Both the position numbers and the translations under genes were made by a program. DNA of 64,000 bases, taken from assembly GCA_015064185.1 (NCBI GenBank), contig SVSS01000001.1, forward strand, positions 4,910 through 68,909, written 5' to 3'. The notes under the pieces were generated by a model. It did no database searches. It saw nothing but the letters and a program-made list of their open reading frames with translations, and had not been told where the DNA came from. Positions within the stretch are counted from its first letter, which is position 1; every line of letters begins with the position of its first letter. Shown here piece by piece: positions 63,270 to 64,000 of the stretch. Source of the stretch: Oscillospiraceae bacterium. Its GTDB lineage: Bacteria; Bacillota; Clostridia; Oscillospirales; CAG-272.

Positions 63270-64000
63270 ATGAAGGGCTTTTTAAGGAGTGTTAGCGCCC
63301 TGCTTTTGATCATCTTTTTTGCCTCCTTTTGTCTTTGGCGGTATGAAAAGCTTTCTCTCATTGATGATGTTACCTCGTATTTTAACGGTGCGCTTGAGCG
63401 CTTTGACCGTTTGCTTGCGATAGCAGATTCAAAAAGTGAGGAGGAGCAGGAGCCGCTAAGCGGGCCTGTGGATAGCGGCGGCAATTATACCGATTATAAT
63501 CCTTCTGCCGATGTAGATGCTTCCCTTGAAGAAGCTCTGCGCGAGGGCATTTCCAATATAGACACTGTTATTGATCTTTCTTCGCTTTCTCCTACAAAGG
63601 AAGCGGTAAAGACGGCAATGGCTTCGATTGCATATTCTTCGCCTGAGTATTTTTATTTGCAGCCCTCGTACAAAATGACGTTTTCAAGTGAGGAAACGGT
63701 GCTCTCTGTTGCGCCAAATTATACCGCCACCAAGGACGAGGTGCTTGGCATGCGAGAGGTGTACCTTCAAAAGCTTGCCGAGATCGTGGCGGATGCACCC
63801 GAAAACGGCACGGATTTTGATAAGATACTTTATCTGCATGATTATTTCGTGCAAAATTACAGCTATGATGAAACGCTGACAATTCGCGATGCGTATACCT
63901 TTTTTACAACCAAAAAGGGTGTGTGTCAGGCATATATGCTCGGGCTGATAGCGGCGGCACGGGAGCTGGGTATTGAAGCTATACCCGTTACAAGCGATAA
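63270..64000 (+). CDS. membrane-anchored transglutaminase-like (cysteine protease core) domain protein; the 3' end lies outside the window
   Basis: Not in the ORF track because it has no stop codon inside the window. AAGGAGG lies 7 nt before the ATG at 63270, and I translated it by hand with no stop to the window end. It has an N-terminal TM helix. The motif KKGVCQAYM matches the transglutaminase-core catalytic Cys context (G.C..). Confidence 0.7.
   Translation, partial: MKGFLRSVSALLLIIFFASFCLWRYEKLSLIDDVTSYFNGALERFDRLLAIADSKSEEEQEPLSGPVDSGGNYTDYNPSADVDASLEEALREGISNIDTVIDLSSLSPTKEAVKTAMASIAYSSPEYFYLQPSYKMTFSSEETVLSVAPNYTATKDEVLGMREVYLQKLAEIVADAPENGTDFDKILYLHDYFVQNYSYDETLTIRDAYTFFTTKKGVCQAYMLGLIAAARELGIEAIPVTSD

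Noticed and set aside
1-64000. Scanned for CRISPR arrays, rRNA or tRNA genes, transposases, integrases, phage genes, toxin-antitoxin pairs and restriction-modification genes.
   Set aside because: I found no regularly spaced direct repeats, no tRNA-like T-arm (GGTTCGAATCC-type) sequence in intergenic regions, and no ORF with DDE, tyrosine- or serine-recombinase or phage structural motifs. The only repeats are short intragenic ones (the SPFH Zn-ribbons, the TPM Gly/Arg tail and the DUF1836 RE-rich tail) and the single REP-like unit at 10648-10722.

Overview
This is a chromosomal, mostly housekeeping window from what looks like a spore-forming, anaerobic Firmicute (Clostridia-like). Supporting features are spoVT, a Cys T-box leader, anaerobic nrdDG, the rpmH-rnpA-yidD-yidC-jag-mnmE cluster and Gram-positive lipoboxes. 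It looks moderately GC-rich by eye (not computed). I support about 60 protein genes: central metabolism (gap, citrate synthase, glucokinase, serC-serA, argG-argH, nagB), translation and RNA functions (rpmH, rnpA, mnmE, rlmD, cca, cysS, prfB, prfC), envelope functions (plsY, an HTH-GlmM fusion, a capD/BY-kinase/O-antigen-ligase trio), transporters (ZIP, CorA, AzlCD, a heterodimeric ABC exporter) and several small lipoproteins and membrane proteins. I recognised no rRNA, tRNA, CRISPR array, transposase, integrase or prophage genes. Many intergenic regions carry near-consensus sigma-A promoters (TTGACA-17-TATAAT) and clear rho-independent terminators. Start codons were re-picked from SD spacing, so several ORF-track N-termini are trimmed. 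The items most worth a second look are: (1) about 320 nt of GC-rich, ORF-free, hairpin-dense sequence ending in a 14-bp terminator, directly upstream of an SPFH (COG4260/YdjI-like), Zn-ribbon (YdjG-like), TPM (YdjH-like) operon that has no pspA; (2) an XRE-type HTH domain fused in frame to phosphoglucosamine mutase; (3) an AlbA_2/Schlafen-like ATPase gene bracketed by two paralogous small lipoprotein genes; (4) a perfect 26-bp palindrome in the 5' UTR of the ABC exporter operon; (5) a NahK-like anomeric sugar kinase paired only with nagB. All function calls come from reading motifs by eye. No database search was run.
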